From contig CAVZMH010000016.1 in NCBI GenBank assembly GCA_963776345.1, positions 352,001-416,000 on the forward strand: a stretch of DNA of 64,000 nucleotides. The letters run 5' to 3'. The notes under the pieces are model-generated. The model had not been told where the DNA came from. It was given only the letters and a program-made list of their open reading frames with translations, and did no database searches. The position numbers and the translations under genes were made by a program. This DNA comes from an uncultured delta proteobacterium. GTDB taxonomy: Bacteria; Myxococcota; Myxococcia; Myxococcales; Myxococcaceae. Positions 10,801 to 20,909 of this stretch are shown one piece after another (positions within the stretch are counted from its first letter, which is position 1; every line of letters begins with the position of its first letter).

Positions 10801-13735
10801 CGTAGAGCGAGCTGCGGGTGGTCTGCTTGCGCTTCTGCGCGTCCACCACCTGGGCCTGGACGATGTGGAAGCCGGGCGCCTTCGGGGTGAAGGTGCAGGC
10901 GCCGGGCACCTGCTCGACCTTCACCGTGCAGGTGGCGACCGGCTCCTCCACCGGCTCGCTGAGCGTCTCCCAGCGGTCGCCCGCGGTCTTCTTCCGCACG
11001 AACTTCCAGTCGCGCCGGAGCACCGAGACCTGGACCTCGGCCCGCTGCCGCTTTCCGTCGGGTGAGACCGCCACCGCCTCGAGCGACACCGGCTTGCCCA
11101 CCTCGGCGAAGCCCTCGACGTTGCGCTGGCGGACGCCGGCGTAGAGCGCGGCCGGGTGCACGTGGAGCTCGGCCCGGTTGGCGATGCGCTGGCGGTTGAC
11201 GTCCACCACCTCGGCCTCGAGGGTGATGCGCGACGAGCGGCCTCCCGGGGTCTCGACCTGGCCCGCGGCGATCTCGAAGACGCCCTGGGCGTCGGTCTTG
11301 CCCTCGCCGGCGCCCACCACCTCGGTGCTCTGGCCCGGGGTGTCGTCGCTCCACTCCCAGGTGGCGATGCCGAAGGCGAAGCCCGGGTTGTCCGGCGGCT
11401 GGAAGTCCTCGGTGGTCCGGGTCGCCGTCCAGCGCACCGCCGCCCCGGGCATCGCGCCGCCGAACAGGTAGCGGGCCAGCACCCGGGCCTGGAGGGGCTG
11501 TCCGGCGAGCACATCGGCGGCCGGGGTGGTGACGTCCACCTTGAACTGGGGCGGCCGGTACTCCTCGACCCGGAAGCTCGCTCCCGTCGAGACGCGGCCC
11601 GAGGGAACCTCGGCGCTCGCCCGGAGGGAGTAGGTGCCGAGCGCCGCGCCGGCCTCCACCGGGACCTCGGCGGAGAAGGTGCCGAACTCGGTGAGCGGGA
11701 TGCTCCGGGACCAGATCTCCTTGCCGCGCGAATCGGTCACCGTGACGTCGGCCAGCGTCCCCTTCGCGGGCGTGGTCACCACGCCCAGGCGGCGGTAGCG
11801 GAGCATCCCCTTGAGGTACACGGTGTCACCCGGCCGGTAGATGCCGCGCTCGGCGGTGGCGAAGCCCATCGACTCCGGACGCTTCCCGTCCCAGGCGCCC
11901 TCGACCCCGAAGGCCCAGGGCCCGAAGCCGCCGGACCAGTCGGCCAGGGTGACGCCGGTGTCGCCGTCGAGGGACGCGGCGACCAGCGCGAACGGCGGCC
12001 CTCCGTCCAGGTCCCGCCCGCGTCGCCCCGCGCTCCTGCCCGGCCCGACGATCGAGGCCAGCCCGGGGACGCGCGCCAGGCCGTCGGCGTCCGTCTTGCC
12101 TTGCCACTTCACCGCGCCGTCGGCGTCGTAGAGCGAGAGCGCCGCGCCGGGGACGACGGTCCCGTCCGAGACCCGGGTGACCCAGACGATGCCCGAGGTC
12201 GCCCCGAGCTTGGTGTGCACGGCGAGGTCGGTGATCTGCCCCGTCACACGCTGGGTCCGCTGCCAGCGGTACTTGGTCTCGATCTCCGGGGCGGTGGTGA
12301 CCAGGTGGAAGAGCCCGGTGCCCTTGCCGGCGAGCAGCTCGCGCACCTTCACCGGACGGGTGCCCGGGAGGTTGTGCGTCCCGTCCAGCGCGAGCGCGGT
12401 CGTGACCGGCTGTCCCGCGGGAACGGCCTGCGCCGTGCGCCGGCTGGCGAGGAAGCGCGCCATCTCGGCCGGACCGAGCGGCCAGAGCTGGACGTCCAGC
12501 TGGCCGACGTTGGTGAAGCGCACCGGGAGCGCGCCGTCCCCCTTCGACTCGAGGAGCGCCACGTCGGGCCCGAGCTCGTACTCGGGCCTCAGGTCGTCGG
12601 TGCGGAGCTGGCCCTTCGCCGGCGGCGCGGTCTGCCCGAAGACGTCGGTCACCCCGGAGGCGATGGAGACGGCGTAGGTCGTCCCGGGCCGGAAGCTCCC
12701 GGGCACCGCGGTGTAGGGGTTGCGCCGCTCGCCGTAGGGCTCGTGGCTCTCGGCGTGGTCCCAGTCGATCTTCACCGCGGGCTCCACCCGGAGCCGGGAC
12801 TTCAGCGAGGCGACGTCGAGGGGGTTGCTGCTCTCGAGGATCAGCGGCCCGTACGGGCAGTCGTAGCCGCCGAGGCACGCCGAGACGCCCTCGAGCCGCG
12901 CCGGTCCGTAGGTCCGGTACGGGAGGCGGATCTCCTGGTCGAGGGTGAGCGGGCCCTCCTTGGCGCGGAGGGTGGTGGCGACGACCAGCTCGAGCTCGGT
13001 GGCCAGCGGGAGCGGCTTGCCGATCTTCACCGTGACCTCGGTCCGCCGGCTCGGGACGAGGGCCTTGCCCGGGCGCTCCACCTCCTCGGGGGCGGCGGGC
13101 GCGGGCCGGGTGGCCACCGTGATGGGCCAGGAGGTGCCCTCGGGGCCAACCCGCAGCGAGAGGGACCTCTCCGGGTCGACCACCGGCTGGTTGAAGACCA
13201 GGACGATGTCCTGGCTGGGCTTGAGCCAGCGCCAGCGTCCAGCGGGGGTGGCGGACTCGAGGCGCGGCCCCGGCGTGTCGAAGGACCAGCTGTAGGCCTC
13301 CTTGAGGCTGGAGCCGTCCACGCCCTTCAGTCCGGCGGGGACCGTCACCGTGAAGCGGGTGGCGAAGGGCAGCGGGGTCTTCGGGACGAACTCCACGCTC
13401 GCCGAGCCGATCCACCGCCACTCGCCCTCCACGGCCGGGCTGAGCGAGGCGGGCGGGGCGAGCGCCTTCTGCTCCTCCACCGACATCAGGGCGACCACCG
13501 GCCGGGAGAAGGTGATGGTGGGGCGTGCGTCCGCTCCCACCACCTCGTGCGGGCGGGCGGCCACGACGGTGAGTCCGGCGCCCGGCAGCGCCTCGGGGGC
13601 GATGGCCAGGGCGGGCGGCGCGGGGAGGGGCTCGAGGGGCGCCTGGCCCGGGCCGGACGGCTTCCCCTTGCAGGCGGTGAGCGCGACCGCGGCGAGCACG
13701 GCGGCGCAGACGAGACGGGTCGATGCAGCCCTCAC
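7891..13735 (-). CDS. Bacterial alpha-2-macroglobulin family lipoprotein (~1950 aa; apparent +1 frameshift near 10579)
   Basis: Lipobox LTAC; ERGIYRPGD, FRVEEYRPPQF and LPDNLTTY motifs; thioester motif YPYGCLEQ; C-terminal AEAMYAPEVFGRS. Joins ORFs 6809..14047 and 7891..10554. Confidence 0.9.
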
Positions 13736-13877
13736 GATGTGGAGTCCTCCCCCGGAGCGCCGCGGCGTGGCGCGTGCCCCGGGCCTATTGTGCTCTCCGG
13801 CGAGGGTGCCCGGGTCGACGAAGATCGCCCGGGGTTCCCCGGGGCTCGAGGACCGTGCAGCCGCCGGGCCAGCGGCT

Positions 13878-14459
13878 TCAGCGTGCGTGAAGGCGCGACT
13901 CGATGCGCCGGTCCGGCACGATCCAGGTGAGCGCCACGCCGGCGTAGACCAGGTCGGCGAGCCAGGGGCGGATGAACGCGAGCGCGATGCCGACCCCGTA
14001 GGCCACCGGCGAGAGCTTCTCCTTGAGCGTGCGTCCGACGACGGCACGGGCGAGCTCGGAGCGCGGCCCCTCGTGGGCGATGATCGCCCGTTCGAGCAGA
14101 AGGTACGCGAGCGCGGCCATCAGCAGCACCACGCCGTAGAGCGCCGCGGGCCACGACGCGCGCGGGTGCTCGCCCACCCAGGCGGTCACCACCGGGACGA
14201 GGGAGAGGCAGAAGAGCAGCATCAGGTTGGCCCACATCACGCCGCCCCCGATCTCCCGGGTGGCGTGGAACAGATGGTGGTGGTTGTTCCAGTAGATGCC
14301 GATGTAGACGAAGCTCAGGACGTAGCTGAGGAAGACCGGCACCATCGGCCGGAGCGCCTCGAGGTCGCTGCCGTGCGGCACCTTGAGCTCCAGGACCATG
14401 ATGGTGATGACGATGGCCAGCACGCCGTCGCTGAAGGCCTCGAGCCGTCCCGTCTTCAT
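13878..14459 (-). CDS. TMEM175-family (DUF1211) potassium channel
   Basis: RLEAFSDGVLAIVITIMVL signature; W.NHH motif; TM helices. Confidence 0.9.
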   Translation of the reverse strand: MKTGRLEAFSDGVLAIVITIMVLELKVPHGSDLEALRPMVPVFLSYVLSFVYIGIYWNNHHHLFHATREIGGGVMWANLMLLFCLSLVPVVTAWVGEHPRASWPAALYGVVLLMAALAYLLLERAIIAHEGPRSELARAVVGRTLKEKLSPVAYGVGIALAFIRPWLADLVYAGVALTWIVPDRRIESRLHAR

Positions 14460-14558
14460 CCGTCCCCTCCCCGGGTGACGCGCCACGGCGGCGCGTACGG
14501 GCCGAGTCACCCCCGGGCGAGGCGAGCTGTCAATCGAGGCAGAGGCCCGAGGCGCGCG

Positions 14559-15155
14559 TCAGCCGACCAGGATGACGGTGGTCGACCGGGCCCCGTGCGC
14601 GCCGATGACCAGGGCCTGCTCGATGTCCGCGGTCTTCGACGGGCCGGAGATGAAGAGCCCGAATCCGGGCGCGCCGAGAAGGAGCCGACCGTAGGCCTCG
14701 TGGAGCGTGTGCACCAGCTCCCTCGCGGGCACCACCAGGACCAGGTGCTGGGTGACGAAGAGCACCGCCCGCCGCTGCTTCAGGACGGCGTCGGTGAGCC
14801 ACACCGCCCCGTTCTCCGCCACCCCGAACTCGCCCGGCACCACCGCCAGGTCCACCCCGGCGAGCCCGTGCGGGTCGTCGACCGAGTCGAGCGCGAGCGT
14901 GCCCGTGAGCACGTCGGGAAGCAGGGAGACGATCTGCCGGGCCGACTGCGCCACGGGGAGCGCGCGGACCGCGGTCGCCGCCTCGGCCAGCCCGGGGACC
15001 CGGACGCACGCGCCGCCCACGTCGGCCACGCTCTGGGCGAAGCGGGCCGGCAGGTCCTCGAATCGCACCGGCGACGCCGGCACCTCGGGCAACGGCGCCG
15101 GAGGCGGCCGCGCCTGGCGGAGACGCTCGAGCACCTTCTCGCGGCTAGACCCCAC
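14559..15155 (-). CDS. lutC: Lactate utilization protein C (LUD domain)
   Basis: GVAENGAVW and ISGPSKTADIEQALVIGAHG motifs. Confidence 0.9.
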   Translation of the reverse strand: MGSSREKVLERLRQARPPPAPLPEVPASPVRFEDLPARFAQSVADVGGACVRVPGLAEAATAVRALPVAQSARQIVSLLPDVLTGTLALDSVDDPHGLAGVDLAVVPGEFGVAENGAVWLTDAVLKQRRAVLFVTQHLVLVVPARELVHTLHEAYGRLLLGAPGFGLFISGPSKTADIEQALVIGAHGARSTTVILVG

Positions 15156-16509
15156 GGCGGCCCCACTCCTGGCGGAAGCTGCGGGCCGGGAGCGCGGGGA
15201 GGTCGCGCTCGCGTCCCCAGCCGCCGGACAGCGCCCGGAGCAGCCCCGCCGGAAGGAGCCGCCCGAAGAAGCGCACCATCCCCCCGGCCAGCCGGTACCT
15301 CCAGGGCCGCCGCAGGACCCAGCTGGCGAGGTGGACGCCGCGGCGCTTCATGGCCGGGGTGAGCCCGCGGTCGTTCAGCTCCCGCCGCCAGGCGAGCAGC
15401 TGGCTGTGGAGGTCGATCTTCACCGGGCAGACGTCGCTGCACGAGCCACAGAGGCTGGAGGCGAAGGGCAGCGACATGTTCCGCACCGCGTCCGCGGCCG
15501 GCGAGAGCACCGAGCCGATGGGGCCCGGGACCGTCGTCCCGTAGCTGTGCCCGCCGCTGCGCCGGTAGACGGGGCAGGTGTTCATGCACGCCCCGCAGCG
15601 GATGCAGCACAGGGCCCGCCGGTGGGTCTCGCTGGCCAGGAGCGCGCTCCGGCCGTTGTCCACCAGGACGATGTGCAGCTCGCCGCCGGGCCGCGGGCCG
15701 TGGAAGTGCGAGGTGTACGTGGTGATGGGCTGGCCCGTTCCGCTCCGGGCGAGGAGCCGGAGGAAGACGGCGAGGTCCGTCGCCCGGGGCACGAGCTTCT
15801 CCAGCCCCATGCAGGCGATGTGGATGGGCGGGAGCGACACGCCGAGATCGGCGTTGCCCTCGTTGGTGCAGACCACGAAGCCGCCGGTCTCGGCGACGGC
15901 GAAGTTCACCCCGGTGAGCCCGGCCTGACCGGCGAGGAACTTCTCGCGCAGGTGCTGCCGGGCGGCCTCGGTGAGCTGCTTGGGGTCGGTGAGGCCCTCG
16001 GGCGTGTGCAGGGTGCGGTGGAAGAGCTCGCCAATCTCCTCGCGCTTCCTGTGGATGGCGGGCATCACGATGTGGCTCGGCGGCTCGTGGCCGAGCTGGA
16101 CGATGCGCTCGCCGAGGTCGGTGTCGACCACCTCGATCCCGGCGGCCTCGAGCGCCGGATTGAGGTGGCACTCCTCGGTGAGCATCGACTTGCTCTTCAC
16201 CAGGCGGGTGACGCCGCGGTCCCGGAGCAGCCCAAGGACGATGGCGTTGTGCTCCGCGGCGTCCGCGGCCCAGTACACGTGCGCGCCCAGCGCGAGCGCC
16301 TTCCGCTCGAACTCCTCGAGGTACTCGGGGAGGCGGGACAGCATGTGGAGCTTGATGCGCGAGGCGGCGTCCCGGAGCGCCTCCCAGTCCGGCACCGTCC
16401 CGGCCGCGCGGTCGCGCTTGCTGCGCATGTTCCAGACCGCGGCGTCATGCCAGTGGAGGCGGGCGTCGTCCCGGACCAGCTTCAGTGCGGCGCGGGCGTG
16501 GGCGTTCAT
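15145..16509 (-). CDS. lutB: Lactate utilization protein B (Fe-S)
   Basis: VKSKSM, TDLGE, PSHIVMPAIH, CIRCGACMNTCP and SSLCGSCSDVCP motifs. Confidence 0.92.
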   Translation of the reverse strand: MNAHARAALKLVRDDARLHWHDAAVWNMRSKRDRAAGTVPDWEALRDAASRIKLHMLSRLPEYLEEFERKALALGAHVYWAADAAEHNAIVLGLLRDRGVTRLVKSKSMLTEECHLNPALEAAGIEVVDTDLGERIVQLGHEPPSHIVMPAIHRKREEIGELFHRTLHTPEGLTDPKQLTEAARQHLREKFLAGQAGLTGVNFAVAETGGFVVCTNEGNADLGVSLPPIHIACMGLEKLVPRATDLAVFLRLLARSGTGQPITTYTSHFHGPRPGGELHIVLVDNGRSALLASETHRRALCCIRCGACMNTCPVYRRSGGHSYGTTVPGPIGSVLSPAADAVRNMSLPFASSLCGSCSDVCPVKIDLHSQLLAWRRELNDRGLTPAMKRRGVHLASWVLRRPWRYRLAGGMVRFFGRLLPAGLLRALSGGWGRERDLPALPARSFRQEWGRRGV

Positions 16510-16606
16510 GGCGGCGGGACTTCATCCGAGTGCGCCCCGGTGTGCAACTGGCCTGCGCCAGGGCACCGATCCGGGGGTGGCGTGCCTATCCTCGCTCGCA
16601 CGCCCC

Positions 16607-16825
16607 GTGAGCCGGAACGCCCGCATCGCCGTGGTCGCCAGCCTGCTGATCCTCGCCGTCCTCGTCGCCGCGACGCTGATGGCCGAGCCGCTGGTCCATC
16701 CCTGCCCGGGCGAGATCGAGCAGTGCGGCCGGGTGTGCGCGGGGCAGACCGTGGAGCCCCTCCCCTGGCGATGTCCACGGGCGACCTGCAGCTGCCCGAG
16801 GCCCCTGCCCTGGCCTCGCCGGTAA
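16607..16825 (+). CDS. Putative small exported Cys-rich protein (72 aa, 6 Cys)
   Basis: GTG start; hydrophobic leader IAVVASLLILAVLVAATLMA; then CPGEIEQCGRVC...CPRATCSC. Fills the lutA-lutB gap. Confidence 0.5.
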   Translation: MSRNARIAVVASLLILAVLVAATLMAEPLVHPCPGEIEQCGRVCAGQTVEPLPWRCPRATCSCPRPLPWPRR

Positions 16826-16871
16826 CGATTCTCGATGGCTGACGCGCTCGTTTCGCTCTTTTCGATGCGAG

Positions 16872-17642
16872 TCAGCGGCCGGCCGGCGCGGCGGCGCCGG
16901 ACATCGCCGCATCGAACACCTGCGCCACGTGGAGGAACTGCAGCGGCGAGCGGCCGCGGCGGGCGATGCCCTCCAGGTGCATGAGGCAGGACATGTCCAC
17001 GCTGGTCACCACCTCGGCCCCGGCCTTCGCGTGGTCGGCAACGCGGTCCCGTCCCATCGCGCCGGAGACCGCCGACTCGTCGACCGAGAAGAGCCCGCCG
17101 AAGCCGCAGCACTCGTCGACGCGGGTGAGGTCGACCAGCTCGATGCCCTCCAGGGAGCCGAGCAGCGAACGCACCTTGTTCCACGGCTCGACCATCCGCT
17201 CGCTCCCTGTCCCGAGCCGAAGCTCCCGGAGCCCGTGGCAGCTCTGGTGGAGCCCCACCCGCCGCCGGTAGCTCCCCTCGATGCGGCGGACCCCGAGCAC
17301 GTCGGTGATGAACTCGCAGAGCTCGTAGGTTCGCCCGCCCACCGCCTCGACCCGCGGGTCGTCGGGAAGCACGTCGTGGTAGTGGTGGCGAACCATCGCC
17401 GTGCAGCTCCCCGACGGGCAGACCACCCGCTGGTAGCGCTCGAAGACGTCGAGGTGGTGGCGCGCCAGGGGCGCGGCGTCGGAGGTCGCGCCGGCGTTCG
17501 CCATCGGCTGCCCGCAGCAGGTCTGCGCCTCGGGGAACTCGACCTTCACCCCCAGCCGCTCCAGCACCCGCGCGGTCGCCAGGCCCACCGCCGGGTAGAC
17601 CTGGTCCACGTAGCAGGGGATGAAGAGCGCCACGGGGTCCAT
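16872..17642 (-). CDS. lutA: Lactate utilization protein A (CCG-domain Fe-S protein)
   Basis: VALFIPCYVD, QTCCGQP, HQSCH, ECCGFGG and DMSCLMH motifs. Confidence 0.92.
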   Translation of the reverse strand: MDPVALFIPCYVDQVYPAVGLATARVLERLGVKVEFPEAQTCCGQPMANAGATSDAAPLARHHLDVFERYQRVVCPSGSCTAMVRHHYHDVLPDDPRVEAVGGRTYELCEFITDVLGVRRIEGSYRRRVGLHQSCHGLRELRLGTGSERMVEPWNKVRSLLGSLEGIELVDLTRVDECCGFGGLFSVDESAVSGAMGRDRVADHAKAGAEVVTSVDMSCLMHLEGIARRGRSPLQFLHVAQVFDAAMSGAAAPAGR

Positions 17643-17724
17643 GGGGAGGCACTTACCCCTGAGCCGGCGATCGGTACAACGTTCAGATTGCCGACAGTGC
17701 GCCGGAGGGGCAGGCTCCGCTGCC

Positions 17725-18378
17725 ATGCGAATGAACGCCCCGGGCGCCCTCGGCGGATTCCTCCTGCTCCTGTCGTCGGTCGCCCTCGCGCAGACGGGAC
17801 CGGCTCCCACGCCGGAGTCCGCGACCCCGGGCCCGGCGCCCGCGCCGCAGTACGCGCCACCGGCCCCGGCGCCCGCACCGCAATACGCGACCCAGGCCCC
17901 GGCGCCCGCACCGCAGTACGCGCCACCGGAGGAGATCAGCCTCGTCAGGCGCTACGCCGTCGGCCCCCGCATCATCTTCGCCCCGGGCGTGTTCATCCCC
18001 TCCAACGGGAGCGCCGGCTTCGCGCTCGGCGTGGAGGGCGGCTACGGCTTCGACCTCGGCCCCGTGATCCTGACCCCCATCGTCTCGTTCCAGGGGAACT
18101 GGAGCTCGGACTGGACGGTGTACACGGGCCTGGGCGGGCTCCGGGTGACGCTGCCGCTCGGCAACTTCGGCCCGTTCGTCGAGGGAGGCGTTGGCTACGG
18201 CCACGTCGGCGGGCCGCTCGGGTACTCCTCGGGAGGGCTCGCGGTCCGGGGCGGCGCCGGGTTCATCATCTTCTTCGGCGAGAGGGTCGCCCTGGGCATC
18301 AGCGGGCGGTACGACGCCATCATCGACACGCCGTTCAAGGGCTGGACCATCGCCCCGATGCTCCTGCTGACCTTCTAG
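17725..18378 (+). CDS. Outer-membrane beta-barrel protein with a Pro/Ala-rich N-terminal linker
   Basis: Signal peptide ending VALA-Q; alternating Gly/aromatic strands (PFVEGGVGY); C-terminal Phe. Confidence 0.7.
   Translation: MRMNAPGALGGFLLLLSSVALAQTGPAPTPESATPGPAPAPQYAPPAPAPAPQYATQAPAPAPQYAPPEEISLVRRYAVGPRIIFAPGVFIPSNGSAGFALGVEGGYGFDLGPVILTPIVSFQGNWSSDWTVYTGLGGLRVTLPLGNFGPFVEGGVGYGHVGGPLGYSSGGLAVRGGAGFIIFFGERVALGISGRYDAIIDTPFKGWTIAPMLLLTF
17824..17922 (+). repeat. 3 x 33-bp coding tandem repeat (xxxPAPAPQYA)
   Basis: Units 17824-17856, 17857-17889 and 17890-17922 share ccggcgcccgc(a/g)ccgca(a/g)tacgcg. Confidence 0.9.
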
Positions 18379-18509
18379 TCCCCGGGTCCAGGACCCCGGC
18401 CAAACTTTCGACACCGTCGGGAGAGGAACACTGGTAATCTGCCCGGCTTCTTCGGCGGTCCGGGATGCTTGGACCGCCTTTTTCCACCCTCTTCGACTCA
18501 GGATCCTCC

Positions 18510-19649
18510 ATGCAGACAGCCCTGCAGCCCACCGGGGCCGCATCGACCATCGACCTCGCCACGCCCTCGGGGAAGAAGCTCCCGATGTCCACCTTCGTGG
18601 AGAAGTACGTCACCGGCGAGATCAAGGTCAGTGGTGATCTGCAGGCGTTCTTCCGCCGCAAGGAGGACGTCCTCAACTACCGGCTGACCTGGGAGCAGAT
18701 AAAGTTCCTGGTCGGCGGCTTCATCCCCTCGGTGCTGATCCACACCCCCGCCGCGGACCGGAAGACGGTCACCGGCCACTACGACCGGGGGAACGACTTC
18801 TTCAACGCCTTCCTCGGCGACATCATGGTCTACACCTCGGCGTTCTTCGAGAGCCCGGCGGACACGCTCGAGGATGCCCAGCGCCGGAAGCTCGAGGTGG
18901 TGGCGCAGAAGATCCAGCTCAAGCCCGGCGAGCGCCTGCTCGACATCGGTTGCGGTTGGGGCACCCTGGTCGCGCACATGGCCGAGCACCACGGCGCGGA
19001 CGCTACCGGCGTCACCCTCGCCGCGCGCCAGGCCGAGTTCGGCACCGAGCGCATCGCCCAGAAGGGCCTCCAGCAGAACGCCCGGATCCTGACGATGGAC
19101 TACCGGAGCATCCCCGCCGAGAAGTGGAACAAGATCACCGTGCTGGAGATGGCCGAGCACGTGGGCATCCGGAAGTTCCAGAAGTTCATGCGTCAGCTGA
19201 ACTCGATGCTGGAGGAGGACGGCATCCTCTTCCTCCAGATCGCCGGGCTCCGCCGGAACTGGACGCCCGAGGACTTCACCTGGGGCATGTTCATGTCGAA
19301 GTACGTGTTCCCCGGGGCCGACGCCTCGATGCCGCTGAGCTTCGTCTGCAACAACCTCGAGAGGGCCGGCTTCGAGATCCACAGCGTGGAGAACATCGGG
19401 ATCCACTACTCGGTGACCATCGACCGCTGGTACCGGAACTGGCTCAAGAACAAGGACGCGGTGGTGAAGGGCTACGGCGAGCGGTGGTTCCGGCTGTGGG
19501 AGATCTTCCTCGCCTGGTCGGTGATCGTCGCCGAGCGCGGCGGCTCCACCGCCTTCCAGCTGGTCTGCAACAAGAACAAGTCGTCCTTCGACCGCAAGCG
19601 CTGGATCGGCGAGCGCGGCCGGCTGGTCGACCTCCCCACCAAGAGCTGA
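18510..19649 (+). CDS. Cfa/CMAS-family SAM-dependent lipid methyltransferase, sphingolipid C9-methyltransferase-like
   Basis: HYDRGNDFF, LLDIGCGWG, LEMAEHVG, KYVFPGAD and IGIHYS motifs. Confidence 0.85.
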   Translation: MQTALQPTGAASTIDLATPSGKKLPMSTFVEKYVTGEIKVSGDLQAFFRRKEDVLNYRLTWEQIKFLVGGFIPSVLIHTPAADRKTVTGHYDRGNDFFNAFLGDIMVYTSAFFESPADTLEDAQRRKLEVVAQKIQLKPGERLLDIGCGWGTLVAHMAEHHGADATGVTLAARQAEFGTERIAQKGLQQNARILTMDYRSIPAEKWNKITVLEMAEHVGIRKFQKFMRQLNSMLEEDGILFLQIAGLRRNWTPEDFTWGMFMSKYVFPGADASMPLSFVCNNLERAGFEIHSVENIGIHYSVTIDRWYRNWLKNKDAVVKGYGERWFRLWEIFLAWSVIVAERGGSTAFQLVCNKNKSSFDRKRWIGERGRLVDLPTKS

Positions 19650-19706
19650 GGACGCTTCGGCCAACGCCGAAGCATCCACCGGGCTCCGGGGCTACGCTCC
19701 GGGGCC

Positions 19707-20405
19707 ATGGATGACCTCCGCCCGGCGAGCCGCCTGGACATCGCCGCCGCGGCCGCGCTCCTGTCGGAGCCAGCGCGAGTCTCGATCGTCTCCGCGCTGA
19801 TGGACGGCCAGGCGCGGCCGGCCACCGAGTTGGCCCGGATCGCCGGCGTCTCGCCCTCGACGGGAAGCGAGCACCTCTCGCTGCTGACCCGGGGGGGACT
19901 GCTCCGGGTCGAGCAGCATGGGCGCCACCGGTACCACCGGCTGGCCAGCGACGCGGTGGCGCGGGCGTTCGAGAGCCTCGCCCTCCTCACCCGGCGACCG
20001 GTCCGTGCCGCGAGCGAGGATCCGGACGACGCGGCGTTCCGGCGGGCACGGACCTGTTACCGCCACCTGGCCGGTGAGCTCGGGGTGGGCCTCGTCGATG
20101 CCTTGATGAAGCGACGGCTCCTGCGGCGCGAGGCAACGCGGTTTCTCCTCACCCCCGCGGGACAGCGCGCCGGCGTCTCGCTCGGTCTGCTCGAGGCCGC
20201 CGACGGGCCGCTGGACGGGCGTGCGTGCCTCGACTGGACCGAGCGACGTGACCACCTGGCCGGTCCGCTCGGCGTGAGCCTTGCCAAGGGGCTGCTCGAG
20301 ATCGGCTGGGTCCGACGAAAGCCCGGAACCCGCGTGCTCCGCATCACCGTCAGTGGAGCGCAGGGGCTCCGGGACGCGCTCGGGTTGAGCATCGAGGCGG
20401 GGTGA
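19707..20405 (+). CDS. ArsR-family transcriptional regulator with C-terminal extension
   Basis: ELARIAGVSPSTGSEHLSLL HTH, GRHRYHRL wing, RTCYRHLAG and CLDWTERRDHLAG motifs. Confidence 0.85.
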   Translation: MDDLRPASRLDIAAAAALLSEPARVSIVSALMDGQARPATELARIAGVSPSTGSEHLSLLTRGGLLRVEQHGRHRYHRLASDAVARAFESLALLTRRPVRAASEDPDDAAFRRARTCYRHLAGELGVGLVDALMKRRLLRREATRFLLTPAGQRAGVSLGLLEAADGPLDGRACLDWTERRDHLAGPLGVSLAKGLLEIGWVRRKPGTRVLRITVSGAQGLRDALGLSIEAG

Positions 20406-20450
20406 CGGGAGCCCACTGCCCGGGACGCCCCGGCGAACCTCCGACCGCTC

Positions 20451-20888
20451 CTAGCGCTTCGACGGGTACGGGGTGACTTCCGTCTCCCGGAAGAAGTACG
20501 CGATCTCGATCTTTGCGTTCTCCGGGCTGTCGGAGCCGTGCACCGTGTTCTTCTCCACGTCGGTGGCGAAGTCCTTGCGGATGGTGCCTGGCGCCGCGTT
20601 GGCCGGGTTCGTGGCGCCCATGACCTCGCGATTGCGAGCGATGGCGTTCTCACCCTCGAGCACCATCAGCACCACCGGACCCGAGGTCATGAAGGACACG
20701 AGATCTTTGAAGAAGGGCCGGGCCTTGTGGACCGCGTAGAACCCCTCGGCCTCCCGCTGGGAGAGGTGCTGCATCCGCACCGCGACGGGCTTGAGCCCCT
20801 TGTCCTCGAAGCGGGTGATGATCTTCCCGATGATGCCCTTCTCCAGTCCGTCGGGCTTGATGATGGAGAGGGTGCGCTCAGTGGCCAT
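20451..20888 (-). CDS. ndk: Nucleoside diphosphate kinase
   Basis: [10 protein letters not shown] and NTVHGSDS catalytic motif. Confidence 0.97.
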   Translation of the reverse strand: MATERTLSIIKPDGLEKGIIGKIITRFEDKGLKPVAVRMQHLSQREAEGFYAVHKARPFFKDLVSFMTSGPVVLMVLEGENAIARNREVMGATNPANAAPGTIRKDFATDVEKNTVHGSDSPENAKIEIAYFFRETEVTPYPSKR

Positions 20889-20909
20889 GTCTTTTCCGTT
20901 CCTTCTCGG

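Noticed and set aside
6809..14047. 2412-aa ORF as one giant protein
   Set aside because: It is an artefact of frameshifts and stop-poor GC-rich DNA: the alpha-2-macroglobulin N-half, an off-frame stretch, then the PBP1C N-terminus.
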